DNA from: Chrysomallon squamiferum
Taxonomy: Eukaryota; Animalia; Mollusca
Assembly: GCA_012295275.1 (NCBI GenBank)
Contig: CM022671.1
Span: 30,008,001 to 30,072,000, forward strand
DNA: 64,000 nucleotides
Direction: 5' to 3'
Within the stretch, counting starts at the first letter, position 1. Every line of letters starts with the position of its first letter. Both the position numbers and the translations under genes were made by a program. Below, one piece after another: positions 1 to 14,494 of the stretch. The notes beneath the pieces are model-generated. The model had not been told where the DNA came from, searched no databases, and saw nothing but the letters and a program-made list of their open reading frames with translations.

Positions 1-66
1 GAGGATGCGAAGGAGGGTTGTTAATGGGAAAAAAAAATGATAGTATAGAAGGTTGCAAATGATTCT

Positions 67-212
<146 letters not shown>

Positions 213-1023
213 GAGATAGATATTATAGGGTATAGATATCCCTCCTGAATGGCACTTGACCCGAACTCAAGTAACATGTCAATCCCAGACTACTTGATAA
301 CCCCCTTTAGTATTCTTGTGTCACTCACGCCTTCTTTTCGAGAGCACCTTCTATCCAACGCGTCAGATTAGCAAAGGCTGGCTGGAATCGTGACGGAGCC
401 TCACTCCAGCTCTCAGACCTGTGAACATGCCCCGAGGGAAACGTTCACTTTTGTCATTCGGTCGCACGGAGGTCTAAGCCCATAATTTTGTTTATTTTCC
501 TTCTTTTGCTGGGCGCTTTTCGCGTTTGCTTGCCACAAACACAATCTCTCTTTGTCGTCCGCGACTGTTGCACATTCCAGCGGTGGAAAGAAGAGATTCA
601 TCTGCCGGACTGATTTTTTTTGTTGCAAGCGGGGTTCACCGAGGCAGAAGTCACCACCATTGCTGCATGCCTCCGAGACGTTTCTAAATATTGGCTAAAC
701 ACGAGGCACGGCTTCTCTACCCATCGCTGTTTAACCTCTCTACATTAACAGTGTATGGTGACGCCATTAACACCGGGACGAGAGAAGGCAAAACAGCAGG
801 TCTCGGGATTAAAAACGATTCTTTTTTGTCTTTTGCTATCTCCGCTAGCAACAGGGCGGTGCGTTATAACACACTGGGGTTGGGGGAAGAATGTCAGTTG
901 TAAAGATATTTGTATATAAATTACTGGAAAAGACGCCATACATTTATTAATTTTTTTTTTTTTGAGTTATTGTTTGTTTTCAAAACGTTGATTTAAGTTT
1001 GAGAAATGTCATTCTGAAGGGCA

Positions 1024-1064
<41 letters not shown>

Positions 1065-1129
1065 CGTTTAATTAAATAATAAATTAATCTTTATTGATTA
1101 GTTAATGATTTTAGGAAGCAAAACAAATG

Positions 1130-1325
1130 TAATGATAAGAAAGAGGAAAGTCACACCCACCACTGCACAGGCTATAGCAGCAAGGACTTTTTTATGTGCA
1201 CCTTCTCATATACATAAACACACACACACACTCTGGCTGAAACAGGAAATATTCCCATAAGTTCATTAGAAGGATAGATTGTGGTGGAATCTATTATGCC
1301 TCTTATCTATGCTCTACCCTCAGAA
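1130..1325 (-). mobile_element. Decayed SINE copy
   Basis: tagcagcaaggacttttttatgtgcaccttc approximately reverse-complements the + strand copy at 12481-12510 (gaaggtgcatgtaatcaaatattttgctgc). It resembles the Deu/Nin-type SINE core as I recall it (GGTGCATATAAAAGATCCCTTGCTGCTAATCGAAAAGAGTAG). Confidence 0.55.
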
Positions 1326-1632
1326 ATCCTCTACATCTAGTACATTAAAAAAAAAAAAAAAACACATTTCTATCTTTACACCAAAACTGCCGTTTGCTGT
1401 CGCATATAATGTTGCATTTTTGATGTGACCTTTTGCTGATTCATGGTTAATTGAATTCTTTTTTCAATTATTATTCTGTGGAGCAAGAGAATCTATCATT
1501 ACTGCAATCAAGTGAACAAAAGACATTCATGCAGAACACAGAATATTTTAAATGGAATTTGTTATAACAAAGCCAAATCAGAAATCTTCATCTGCGGCTT
1601 ATATCGGAGAGTGAGAGAGAGAAGATAAAAAG

Positions 1633-1664
<32 letters not shown>

Positions 1665-1724
1665 ATATAAAAAAAACGCCGAAAAATAGAAGCCACTCCA
1701 GGCAGAAAAATAATACTCGATAGG

Positions 1725-1765
<41 letters not shown>

Positions 1766-2264
1766 TTATGTGTGTTTATATATATACATATATACATATA
1801 CATATATATATATATATATATATGTGCATACATACAAATACAACAAGATACGATAATAAGACAAATAAGTTAGTAAGCACGTCTTTGTGTCAGTAAGTAA
1901 ATAAAATCAAACTCTTCTCTTTTTTTTCTTCTTTGTGTTTATTTATTTATTTATCTATTTTTTGCTTTACGTATTTGTTTATATATATATATTTATATAT
2001 TTTATTTATTTATTTATTTATTTATAAACAGACTATAAAAAACAGATAAAAAACCTTAAACAATTTGCTCACGTGTGTGTTTCATGGCACGACCTCAAAG
2101 CGCTCTCGGGATTTCCGTTTTGACATGATTTATGGAAAAATATTCATTTGTTTTGTTAGCATTCTCTGATTTCATCCGATAAAATTCAATTTGTTTTAAT
2201 AAATGCATAAAAAAAAAAAAAAAACTGTAATCGAGTTACTGTAATCATAGATATCTGTCTGGGT

Positions 2265-2296
<32 letters not shown>

Positions 2297-2377
2297 CAAA
2301 ACTAGTCTAAACAGTTATGACATATTTATGTTTTAAAATTATTTTTATTGTTATGGTTTTTTTTTCTTTCTTTCTGA

Positions 2378-2475
2378 GCTGGCTGTGTAGCTTAATGGTT
2401 AGAGTGTTTACCTGAAGGGTGAATCTGCCATTGCTTAGCAATTGTTTTATTAAATACCGTGGTATGTGGTCCCTC
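2378..2475 (+). mobile_element. Truncated tRNA-derived SINE head
   Basis: A Pol III A-box, TAGCTTAATGG (2388-2398), sits in a tRNA D-arm-like context (gtagcttaatggttagagtg). It is followed by ccgtggtatgt, similar to ctgtggtatat in the copy at 12455. There is no intact B box or cloverleaf. Confidence 0.5.
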
Positions 2476-2481
2476 TATATA

Positions 2482-2515
<34 letters not shown>

Positions 2516-2519
2516 TATA

Positions 2520-2555
<36 letters not shown>

Positions 2556-3088
2556 TATGATGATGATGATGATAATGATAATGTTGATGACAGTGACGAC
2601 TAGGATCGTCATGATGATAATAAAAACAAATCATTACATATAACTTTTATTTTAAAAGAATTGTTTTTTGTGTTTTTTAAATTTTATTTGTTTATTTATT
2701 TATTTATTTATTTTTATTTATTTATTTTTTTTTTTTTTTTTGTATTTTTTTTTTATTATTTTTTATTTTTACCTTTCGCAGGAAGAGCTTTTGGCCCACG
2801 CATGTAACCTTCTAATTAATCAGTTTAGATATCTTGTTTTATTTGCAGCAGGCAATTTCAGTTCAGTCCTAAAATGTTTTACGATTACCATGCCGTTAAA
2901 AAATAAGTACATAATTGCCTATAAATTACTGAAAATGTAGCCATAATGTTCAACTCTTCTATTGCAAAAAGGAAAGAAAAATGGAAATGTTAAATTAGTT
3001 AGAGATGAGGCACATTTTTAACTTTGGCTATCAAGTTACACGCGTTTGTTAATGCATTGTTTCGTCATGATTGTTTTAAGATTTTGCA

Positions 3089-3129
<41 letters not shown>

Positions 3130-3499
3130 ATTTTTGTTCTGTTTTTTCACTGTTGTTATATAACTGATTTTTGGTATGGAATTTTAAACGCTTATTTATA
3201 AACCTACACACATACGTATAAAATACACGCTCGCACACACACACACACACATACCAATAGATGATTTTTCAAGAATCAAATAATTTATAAGAATATATAT
3301 ACCACTGTCATCTTTGTCATAAACCACTATCATCGTCGTCCTTTCCATACACACACACACACACACACGCACAGACATCAAAATATAAAGTCAGAAAATA
3401 AATGCAAGCTACAAGAATCCAAACAAGCAACCATCCAACCATCCAAACAACAAACGAACCAACCGAACAAAAACAAATGAAAAGGAGCATCTCAAGACC

Positions 3500-3980
3500 T
3501 TAATGATCGTATGTATGTGGCAGTGAAAACGGTGAAAACGATCGCTGCAGATAGGAAGGCGTTCGTACCTGGGGCGTCTCACACGTCTTCGCCGATGTAG
3601 CACGATAACGGACTCTTTGCCAGCGAACGTTACGAACGAACGCAGTCCACCTGCACGCGATAGCGAGCGAGCTCAGATTAGCCCCCGTGTCGAAGATAAA
3701 CACGAAAGATGTAACGTTCGACGCGGCAGGAGAGAACCGAAAACGCATAATGTCTTCAGTCCTCACTGACACTCGAGGCCATTCTTGATTTCACCGACGA
3801 CAAATTGCGGGGTACTGTGCCGTTCGTTCGTTCGTCTGCTCGTCGAGAAAGAACGCGCGTGCTGTATGGAACACGTCTGGCTGCTTTTCGCGCGCAGATA
3901 GGAAAAAGTGCTTCCGGTTTGAAGGCGCTATTAGCCGGATTCACGCGATCTGTCGGTGTCGTTTCTGTTAACGTTGGCGC
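3500..3980. promoter_or_regulatory. CpG-rich, repeat-free intronic island; candidate enhancer
   Basis: About 480 bp with much higher GC and CpG content than the flanks. No ORF here resembles a known protein. Confidence 0.35.
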
Positions 3981-4792
3981 TCAATTTAGAAACATTAAAA
4001 GTTACCACGTGTTGTCTGTGTATAAAGTCTACAGCCATATGGGAAATGGAATCCGACTGATATTTGAGGAATGATTGTTATGGAAAGTTTCAAGTGCTCT
4101 TTTAAAAACAAACAAAATCTGAATTTAGTACAGTGACTAACCGTTAACGACCAACAGTAACAACAACAGTAATAATAATCAAGAAATCATACATGCAGGT
4201 GTGAGTCTGACGGTGGGATTCATATATCTCCTTTGAACGTAAATACAGATTGATAATAACAGTCACAACAACAACAGCAGCAGCAGCAGCAGCAACAACA
4301 ACAACAACAACCGTAACAACAATAACAATAATCGAAAAATAATATATATAGGTATGGGGCGGATTCATATATCAGTTTTGAAAGAAAACACACATGGATG
4401 GATATAACAACAAGAAGATACATATTGATAAAAATATGTTTCTGTTATGTAACAAGTTAAACAAAACTTTTACATTTTCGATAAAAAACAGTTATAGTAA
4501 ATTAGTAATGTTGTGTTATTGTTACTGTTGTTGTCGTCGTTGTTGTTATTGCTGCTGCATCTGTTGTTATTGTCATCATATTTTTCTTACCTTTCACTGA
4601 TATCGTATCACATCACAAAGGTAAATCCAAGTCATCCCTTTAACTCTGCGCACAGAAAACTAATTGTCGTTACGTCACGCATTTATGACGTCATATGTTA
4701 ATTTTAATGTCTAAATATAGAAACAATTCTATTAAAAAATTCTATTATGGAATTAGTTTTATGTCATTCTCAAACAGCATTTTGGTTTTTTG

Positions 4793-4827
<35 letters not shown>

Positions 4828-4923
4828 TCTGTTTAATTTTATTGGTTTTTTTTTCTACATGGAATCAGGAAAACCTATGTTTCAAATATAAGTCTCCTCT
4901 TTTTCATACATCTTACACACACA

Positions 4924-5031
<108 letters not shown>

Positions 5032-5783
5032 CAAAATTTAATATTACTTCTCTTCTCTCTTACTAACGGATTTCTCTGCTGTTTACTTAAACTGATTCAA
5101 AACATCGATTTTTTTCTTACTTTGCAATTCTGTAAGCGAATTATGACGGGCGGAGTCATTAAAGATAACAAAGGTTATCTTCTTACGCTGATTTAGAAAG
5201 AAAAACTTCAAAACGACAAGATGTACCAATATTGCAACAATGCTTTAATGTTTTCCAGAGAAATACGGCTTTCTAGATAGGGCTGTCTCCAGTAACAAAC
5301 CTAAATATCTAGTGAAATACGAATCACCGACGTATGTAAAGAAAACACTGCTTTTCATACATCCCTGATTCAGCAACGAGTCTCTGCTGGGTTTATAGTT
5401 TAGAGATTATGTGTACAGTTGTAATCTGGATTATCTGTTTGTTTTGAATTCACTAATTCGTTTCTTTGTTTGTTTGTTTAAGATTCATTTGGTTAGTCTT
5501 TTTTTTATTTATTTATTTATTTTAAATTTATTTTCTTTCTATCTTTTTCTGAAACTTAGTTGCTTCGCAAAATATTTAATATGGAGTCACAAACACAGAG
5601 CAGCAGTGAATGTTAATTTTATTATCGGAAACTGACACACTGAAAGTAATTGAATATATATATATTTGTGTGTTTTGCGTCTCTCTGTCTGTCTGTCTGT
5701 TCATATGTTATAGTATATCCTGTGTCTGTATGAATGTGTTAGTACTTAGCATAACAATCGTATTTTCGTTTGTGCAGTATAGG

Positions 5784-5786
<3 letters not shown>

Positions 5787-5877
<91 letters not shown>
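5787..5877. repeat. Compound (TAA)n(GAA)n microsatellite ~80 bp upstream of the exon acceptor
   Basis: Read directly from the sequence. Confidence 0.97.
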
Positions 5878-5956
5878 TTAATGATGATGATAATATATTT
5901 TCCTGTTTAAAATGTTTGCTCTGTCTCTATTTTATTTGTTTTGCTTTTCGTTGCAG

Positions 5957-6249
5957 CAAGCAGGGAAGCAGGGTTTACTCATGCAATATCAGCTGCTGGC
6001 GTCGTCCACGCTGTCAGCAGGTCCTGCCGGGACGGGGAGCTGGCCAGCTGTGGGTGCAGTCGCGCCCGGCGCCCCAAGAACCTCCACAGGGACTGGATAT
6101 GGGGCGGGTGTGGAGATAACATAGAGTACGGATACAGATTCTCAAAGGCGTTCGTGGACGTGAGGGAGAAGGAGAAGAATCATCCGCGGCATTCCAGGGG
6201 CCTCGCCAGAATGATGATGAATCTACACAACAACGAAGCTGGGAGGAGG
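5957..6249 (+). CDS. Wnt5: Wnt5 penultimate coding exon (293 bp; phase 1 acceptor, phase 0 donor)
   Basis: Translation (A)[97 protein letters not shown] aligns by eye, without gaps, to vertebrate WNT5A (SRETAFTYAVSAAGVV...[31 protein letters not shown]...[11 protein letters not shown]). A pyrimidine-rich acceptor ttgcttttcgttgcag ends at 5956, and the donor GTGAGT is at 6250-6255. GC rises sharply relative to the flanks. Confidence 0.96.
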
Positions 6250-6306
6250 GTGAGTTCTTTTAGACCTTTTTATTTTAAATTTTTAATATATATTATTGAT
6301 ATATAA

Positions 6307-6520
6307 GATAAAATGTAATCGGTGAAAATATCGACACATTAAATGTAACGGGTCAGAATGTCGATAGATGTAATGCAATCCGTCAAAATATCGACAGATA
6401 AAATGTCAACGTGGTCAGAATGTCGACAAATAAAATGTCAGCGTGGTCAGAATGTCGACAAATAAAATATCAGCGGTCATAATGTCGACAGATCAAATAT
6501 CAACGGTTAAAATGTCAACA
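6307..6520. repeat. Minisatellite, 7 copies of 30-32 bp (approx. RATAAAATGTCARCG(TG)GTCAGAATGTCGACA)
   Basis: Units start at 6307, 6337, 6367, 6397, 6429, 6461 and 6491. Each ends in TCGACA or a variant, and there is an internal ~15-bp sub-period (AATGTC). Confidence 0.9.
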
Positions 6521-8250
6521 GACAGACTGAACATTTTTGTGTGCTATTGTTCCACCATTTGTACCGGGAAACAGAATTTGATCAAATTAAATGTTATTTA
6601 AAATGTTATTAAATGAAAAGTTAACAGTGGAAACGAGCATTATCCTGAAAGTGTTCTGTCACTTAGATGTTTTGACCTGTAGGTTAGTTACGTACATCCA
6701 AATAATCTAACAACATTTTTTTTTGATCTTATTCTCCTACGCATGATACGATGTAAACAGTAAATATTTTAACAAACACAAGTTGATGATTGACATATTA
6801 CCCGTAACTAACATTTTGTCCATTGTAATTGAACGCTGCAGGTTTTCATATACATCGTTCAAAGCAAGAAAGAAAGAATTTTTCATTGCTAATAGCGAGT
6901 AACTGTTAAAAATCACATTATTTTTAGAATACAGAATTATCCTTTTCGTTTGTTTGGGACTGTGTCTTTCAGGGAAAAATAATTTTAGCTGAAGAATATC
7001 AAATGTCTTATGACACCATTAAAAACCATATTTGTATTTGGGTATATGTGTATATATTTGTGTACTTATATTTGAGTTTTGTATGTGCGTATATTTTCTG
7101 TGTCAGAAAGGCCAAACAGTAACCCTCCCATCAAAATAAACAAATAGCCTGTATTCCGCTCATTCCGTATCCCTGTGTGATTCGGGATATATCATCCACA
7201 GGTAACAATTACTGAGGAAAGTACCCGAAGTAAATTAGGTGGATCAAAGAACGTTGTGTCATTCAGGCAAGACGTATTTAGATCTGCCAGAATGTGATTT
7301 TCCAGACTTCAAGCGTATTCATTTTCTCTTTCACCCGAAGTCCTCTTGTCCGGAGCACAATTCACGTCGCTTTAGCGCAGTGACAAATTTCCTGTAAAGG
7401 TACTTCAAATGAAATCCTCTCATGACGTTCTAGACTGTTCCCTGGAGTTCGCCACATTCCTGGATGTGTACTTACACTCACAGGATAGGCGTGATCCTCC
7501 CACCCCTTTCCATTCCAGATCAGTGCACGATTTCGCTTCAAAGGCAATCTTGATGTTGTGGGTGTCTGTCTTGCTACAAATTTCTAATCACTAATATTGG
7601 AAAAGTTATTGTTTATTTTATTTTAATTCATTTTATTTTTATTTATTTTATTTTTATTTTATTTTATTTTTTGTTTGTTTGTTTATTTATTTCATTTCAT
7701 TTCATTTTATGCTCATCTTCGTTATATTCCTGTCCCGTCTACTGGTTGTAAGTTAAACCATTCTGGATATTTTTCATATAGAGAAACACTGTGAAAAAAC
7801 CTCAACCCAGAACGTTTTTACCCTTTGTATACTTATATATATTCATCACCAAACATGCTTTGAATTTTTTTATTTTTATGTGACTACAAACTCTTTGAAG
7901 AACTATGAATTACGTTCTGTCTGACACCTATCATTAACTTTTTACCCCGGCGTTCACATTTGATGGTTTTAAAATAATTATTCAAAGTCTATTGTTTTTG
8001 TTGTTGTTGTGTTTTTTCATTCTCATTTTCTTTTGAAAATTATTCAAGAGGTATTACCCCACTGCTGGAGTCTTTGAAGAACTATTAACAAAACACTTAG
8101 ATCCCCTCCTCAAAAAAAAAAAAAAAAAAAAAAAATCTAAGGTCTTCGCCCCTCCCTTTAATAATATGATTACATTTTAAAATAAATAATTCAAAGCAAC
8201 AGCGCTTTGTCTGTTGAGAAAGCAACAAGAAGTGTTAACGAAACGAAAGG

Positions 8251-8287
<37 letters not shown>

Positions 8288-8776
8288 AGAAGAAAAAAAA
8301 GCGAGAAAGTTAAAATAACTAACAGCTCTTGTGAACTGCACTTGTCTCAGATTAAGTGCTGGCGAGTTGGAGGTTCTTTTCTTCCACGAAGCAAATAGCT
8401 GGGCTGCTTTGTAACAACTGTTCCGTCAGTAACACTTTATTTAAAGAATGCTTTAAAGAGGTGTTTGGAGAGGTGAACAACTCGTCAGACTCACTGCAGT
8501 GTACAAACACTGTTTCCGTGTCTTCCTTACACAACAATGGCTGATCGAGTTTGAGTAACGAATTTCTTTCTCTTGTTCCACTATCACTGGCAGAAGGCGA
8601 ACGCAGTTTGGTGTGTGTGTGTTTTTTTTGTTTTTTGCCATTGCTGTTGTCGAACTATACAGATTAATTCTATCAGCAATTAAATAGTTTATTTATGTTC
8701 TATTAATAGTAGCAGCTCTGTTTCGTGTTGTTGTATCAGTAATAGAGTTTGTTTATCTTCTTCTGTTAGTTTTAGG

Positions 8777-9050
8777 ATGGATATTTTTTGTTGGATTTGT
8801 TCTACCGGCAGTATTATGTTTATTTTATTTTATTATCATAGTATGGTGATATTTTTTGTTTGTTTTAGTCTATTTTTTGTCATGGTGATATTTTGTGCTG
8901 ATTTTGTCCTACCTGTAGTAATGGTAATATTTTGTTTTTGTTTTGTTCTGCCTGTAATATTGGTAATATTTTTGTTTTGTTTTGTTCTACCTGTGGTATG
9001 GGTAATATCGTACTTTGTTTTGCTCTTCCCTGTAACATATGGGTAATAGT
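8777..9050. repeat. 39-bp minisatellite, about 6-7 diverged copies
   Basis: (A/T)TGGT(G/A)ATA recurs at ~8843, 8882, 8921, 8960, 9000 and 9040. This is visible as the 13-aa period (MVIFCxxFVLPVV) in spurious ORF 8777..9046. Confidence 0.85.
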
Positions 9051-12000
9051 TTCATTTGATTTTTTCTACAAGTTTGTTTTGTTGTTGCTGTTAGATTATC
9101 ATTTGTATGTGAAATAACTGTTTTAGTTTATAATCACTCAGGCAAATCACTCGTTAAATTATATGTAATTAGGAACAAACAAAATAAAAATTCACTAGAT
9201 GAAAAAAAATGTTGTACAAAAATAATTTTTGATTCTAACACATACCAAACAATATGTAACGTTCTTTAAAAGACAAATGGTTTACTTTGTTTACATTCCA
9301 TTATAACATTATTTGTGGTGTTTATACTAATAAAATACCTAACATTTGATGAATCTGCGTTTAGATAACACATTTATAAATTGACCAAGTGAAAGTAATT
9401 TATATTCTATTCGTGGCAGAATGAAAAATGTGGTTTACTGAAAGGTTGAAAACCAGGCACCGTCAGTGAACGCGTGTGATATTTATGTACTAATGGTATG
9501 TGTGCGCGAGCGCGTTTGGTATGTGCGTGTACGACTGAGTAAGAATATTATTATAGATATATTAAAATAAATATTTTATTCATCTTCCTTTTCTGTCCTT
9601 ATTTTAAATGTTTTTCCTAATTACTTCTCTATGGTGATAGATATTTCTCGATATGAAAGTTGTTCAACAAAAAAAAAGATAGTTAGAACCTGAGCATTAG
9701 TCAAAGATTTGAACACGACTTACAAACAGAACCACAACTATCCTACAGCGACTAAATTATATTCTTCAAGCGAGACAGAATGATAAACAAAAAAAGCTAA
9801 AAAACTTAACCGAATCTATCGTGACACAATCAGAAATTCCAATCACCAGAAAATATTTACAGCATCTCCCATCCCGAAACGAGAGTTTCCGTTAAATAGA
9901 AGAAGAAAGGGGGAACAAAAAAAAAAAAAGAAAAAAACTATGGCTGAATTTCCTTCCTGAATCTAGACATTGATGTGACCTTCACCTTCCTGCTATTGCG
10001 GTGGTTGAATGAAGAATGCGGAACCCGTTGTTTTTTTTCGAAGATCTTACCTTGTCAATCAGAGATCTGCAGCTGCTACTTTTCTTTCATATATTTATTT
10101 TCAGATACGACAATTACTTTTTTTTTTTAAAACAAGAAGAAGAGAAAAAAACGCTCTTATAAAAAAAACACAAAAAAAACGGCGAAAGCTTAAGTAACAG
10201 TTTTAACGTAAAGGAAAAAAACCAGTGCCGACTGTAATGTAATATAAAGATGTGTAATGTTGTGGATGCATTTATGTAAATGTCAGCTGAGTAATAAATA
10301 AATGAAGTAATGAGATAACGGAAAAGCTGGTCGTTCATAGTCACAGACGCGTGGAAGAACAGACAGACAGACAGACAAATTAAATTTATTTTAACTATCT
10401 AATGCTTGTATAGATCTTTTTTCTGCAAACATCAAATTATTATTATTGTTAACGTAAACGCACACTGGTCTACGCACTTACGCACGTGCAGTACATACAT
10501 GTAGAGACATACACCCATATATACACAAATATATACACACGCATACTAACACATATAACCATACAAGCATATATAATAGATATACACACGCACACACATT
10601 TATATATCTATTAAAATGTTTCTGCTCTGCTTGTATCCTAAATTAGAATTATCTGAATTAAAATTAACGTTAACCCTGATTAAATAAAAAAAGAGAAAAT
10701 ATTTGGATATGAAGAAAACTGTTGTAATTACTCTCCAGTAATCCACGTGTCCTCTCATGTTAGTTATTTTGACTTATCTAATTGAAAACAACGTCAGACA
10801 AGTTTTTTTTTTTTTTTTTTTGGTCTTTGTGTTTGTGTGTGTGTGAGTGTGTGTGCGTCCGTGTGTGTGTGTAATTAAAAAAAAAAAAAAGTAAAATCTT
10901 TCTGATTTTTCACTGCTTAAGAGTAGACTTTTCTCTCACCCCGCGTCTACAAACCTCTAACTCGTGTGTTTGATTATATCAGGATTAACACGGCTTAACA
11001 CATTTGGCAAACGAGGATCTTCTGAAAATGAAGAAATTAGATTGTTTTTATATGTGTCTGCTACCACCCAGAATACAGTTGTTTAGTCTTTTTTCTATTT
11101 ACTGCTTTCTTGTTTTTTCTTCTTTGTTTTTTCTCGTTTTTCTCTCTCTCTCTCTCACTCTCTCTCTTTTTTTTCTTTTTTTTAATGAAAAAATTATTTT
11201 CTTTCTTTTCTTTATAGTAGATAGATAGATAGATTAAATTTGTTTTAAATTTTATTCTCACTGAGACAGATTTTTGCTTTAGGACCTAAAGTTTAGGTAA
11301 ATATTAAAGTATTGTCCTGATGCCTCGTTGGACTCGGGAACAATCGTTCTTGTAGTTCTCTTTGAGCTCAGTCCCAGTATAGCCTATGGTAACAGTAGTT
11401 GTTCTTATGTATTAGAAAATGTATATAATACATTTGTATTTGCTAATTACTGAAAAGAACAGCCAGCTATGCAGTAGGAGTATTGCCTTTCCTCTCTGTT
11501 GTTATTGTTAGTTTAAAAATTGTTTTGATTCATTCATTTATTCATTGAGATATATTGTAAGTGTACATAACGGTGCATATTTAGTCATGCCTCTCTCTGT
11601 TCATATATTTATTTACATTTTTAGTGTCATAATTACATGTATATAAATCTATAGCTTTAACTTTAGTTTTTTTACATAAACAAACAAATAGACAAACAAC
11701 CAAAAAAATAAAATAAAATAATAATAATAATAATAAATAAAACAAACAAACAAATAAGTAAAAGAGTATGCAAATAAATAAATAAATAAATAAAGACGAA
11801 TATATTCAATGAACTAAACTAAAGCAATCAAAAATAAATTATGATCATTTATTACTTAAAAATATTAAAAATTAAATAATAAAACAAAATTACATCTGAA
11901 ACATATTTAGTCTTCGTTTAATACAAAAACTAATCTGCAAATTCCGAAGAACTGTATTTTAAGTACGAGCTAATTCGAAAACAGAAGTCTGATCCAAAAA

Positions 12001-12249
12001 ATTACAAGTTACCGGGGTCCCGCCTAAACTGCGCGTAATACTGACAAATCCTTGTTGGAACAACATCACATAACTATTAGTTTGATCTTGTATTAGTAAA
12101 GGAATTAGTGAATTCCAGAAATGTACCACTAACCAATCACACCTGAATAGAATTAACTACTTTACCTCTATCTGAATTCTTCACATATGACCGAAGTCGC
12201 CACACAGAGTATATATATATTTTTTTCATTCTATGCATGGAACAGTGAA

Positions 12250-12560
12250 GGCAGTCCGAGGTGATGTCTTGTCTGTAGGAAAGTGTTTATATAAAATATA
12301 TATTGCTGCTAATTGATAACAGCATTCTACAGAGTGGCTTGAGTGAGTTTCTTCTCCTTTGTGTTGGCGTTATAAAGTTGTGTGTGATAAAAGATAACCA
12401 TTTATCTACGGGGCAGGTTTGCCATTATCATTAGAACAACTGGTTTATCTAAGACTGTGGTATATCCTTTACTGTATGGGGAAGGTGCATGTAATCAAAT
12501 ATTTTGCTGCAAAATGAGAAAGAACGGTCCAAAGCTGTCTTCAAAGGGTTTTCTCTCTCG
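12250..12560 (+). mobile_element. Two tandem decayed SINE core fragments
   Basis: 12270-12357 (tgtctgtaggaaagtgtttatataaaatatatattgctgctaattgataacag...gtttcttctc) and 12435-12560 (actgtatggggaaggtgcatgtaatcaaatattttgctgcaaaatgagaaag...gggttttctctctc) are mutually alignable. They also match the minus-strand copies at 1130 and 19470. Confidence 0.55.
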
Positions 12561-13458
12561 TGTTTTTTAAACCGTACTTCATATAACGGTACAAATTTAT
12601 TGAGAACATTTTTAAATAAAATATTTTTTCTCTGTTTTGATTTTTCCCATAATAACTGTTAATATATTAAAGTGTCGACCTTACCGTTTAATATATATAT
12701 ATATATTATCTTAATATACATGAGAAACGAAGTTTTAAAACAGTACTACTTCTTCAGATTGTTGTATCTGTAAATGAAATGCCACCTACTGAAAACCGAA
12801 GAAAGAAAGAAATTGTTAGAGAAAAAAGAACGAAAATACTCTTGCTTGTGTTAGACGTAATTTACCATCATTTGATATCTTTATATATTAACATTTACAA
12901 TATAATAATATTTGAAGACTCAGATGAAAAAAATAAAAAAAATAAAAAAATAAAATTTAAAAAATTTAAAAAAAAAAATCTTTACTCATTAAAATTACAG
13001 AGTGTAAAATATCTTCTTTTATACTCTTAAAGGGAGCTATGAAAACCTCTACATGTATAAAGCGCACAGCATTAAATGTCTTCTGCTCGCCATTACCTGT
13101 CTGTAACGTTTTGCAAATACGTGTGCCACACTAATTTGTAACGTCAGTCAAAGCCTACGTTACTCCAGCAAGACAGTGCCAGGAAAGAGACAGTTAACAG
13201 AAAAGTTACTGTTTGGAACTGTTGGCAGTCGCCGTTCAGATGAAAACCAGTAATCGCTTGATATTAATTAGAGAAGGCGTTTTAAGATTCGGGGAGATAA
13301 GAACATAATTTCCTAGCACTGAAGCACAAAATTAACAGTTTTGAAGCTTTACTGAGGATTATTTAAAAATCTGAAGTTTAATCGAAAATTTAGAACTGAA
13401 AATAAAAAACACTTTTGACGTCATAGGACTAAACGCGAGTGTGAGAGCGGAAATCATG

Positions 13459-13461
<3 letters not shown>

Positions 13462-13546
<85 letters not shown>
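13462..13546. repeat. (AG)n microsatellite
   Basis: Read directly from the sequence. Confidence 0.97.
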
Positions 13547-13548
<2 letters not shown>

Positions 13549-14449
13549 AAAGAGAGAGAGACAGAAGTGATATATAGAGACTGAAAGATAGAACTGTAGA
13601 CAGACTATATATCCCAAAAATCTATAAAAAAAAAATAGAAAAAAGGGCTGAACAGAAAGATAATTTTTTAATGTAGAAATTGTGTGCCAGACATTCTTTA
13701 TTACGATAATTTTCTTCTGGTAAAATCATTAACTTTTCAAAGTTTTTATCTTGGGAGTTTATATCCATATTCGAACTGTGATAAAGACGCTTCCAAAAAA
13801 ATTACTTCTAGTAAAATTATCAATCTGAGCATCTGTGACGTAATTCGACTGGTTGCTGATGCTCGATAGCAGCGCAGCGCAAACGGTCCCCAGTGTATTT
13901 GTGCACCTGATGTTCTCGCCATTTTATTAAAGTATAAATTTCTCGCGGAGAAGAAATCACGGCAAAGCGATTTTCGTTTTTCAAATTTGTAAGTTAATGT
14001 GCATAAATACTGCATCGTAATCTTAATTTTCTGGTTCGTTCAAAGTCCTCTGAAAATCCCTTGAGGCAGACATCACTTTATGTTCTCATATAATAACAAG
14101 TGTGTTGTATTATTACAGCCCGGTAAAGACGTTTAGCAGTCTTTGTTATGTTCAACACTGGTTTATTATACCACTCATAATACATCAGTGCACGTTCATA
14201 GGCATGCAAAAACAACCGTGTAAAATTACACATAATTATAAAAATTTGTCTCCATGTATCTTTTTATTATTTTTTTTTTTTATTGACGTATTATGTTATA
14301 AGTATTTTATGAAAAACATGTCATTATTTTATTAATATATGAAGAGACATATCAAGAAACAGAGTGACAAACAGGCTTGTTTTAGTTCTGAGGAACATCT
14401 TTTTTTTCTTTCTCAGAAATGTGTTGCATGTACATATTATCTCTCTCTC

Positions 14450-14494
<45 letters not shown>

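Noticed and set aside
2378-2450. Possible tRNA gene
   Set aside because: Only an A-box/D-arm is present, with no T-arm/B-box or acceptor stem, and it continues into SINE-like sequence.
2761-2810. Strong-looking acceptor (tttttacctttcgcag at 2781) suggesting an extra exon
   Set aside because: The downstream sequence has no Wnt similarity and no good donor. T-rich tracts make such acceptors common here.
3500-4074. Cluster of short Arg-rich ORFs in the GC-rich island
   Set aside because: Local GC elevation lengthens ORFs in several frames. None resembles the missing Wnt5 exon or another known protein.
5610-6124. Overlapping ORFs 5610..6119 and 5912..6124
   Set aside because: These are microsatellite read-through plus alternative frames of the Wnt5 exon.
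6307-6520. CRISPR-like appearance of the 30-46 bp repeats (also 61239-61472)
   Set aside because: They are head-to-tail tandem units without unique spacers, there are no cas genes, and the context is eukaryotic.
8777-9046. Hydrophobic ORF with a 13-aa repeat resembling a membrane peptide
   Set aside because: Fully explained by a T-rich 39-bp minisatellite; there is no splice or promoter evidence.
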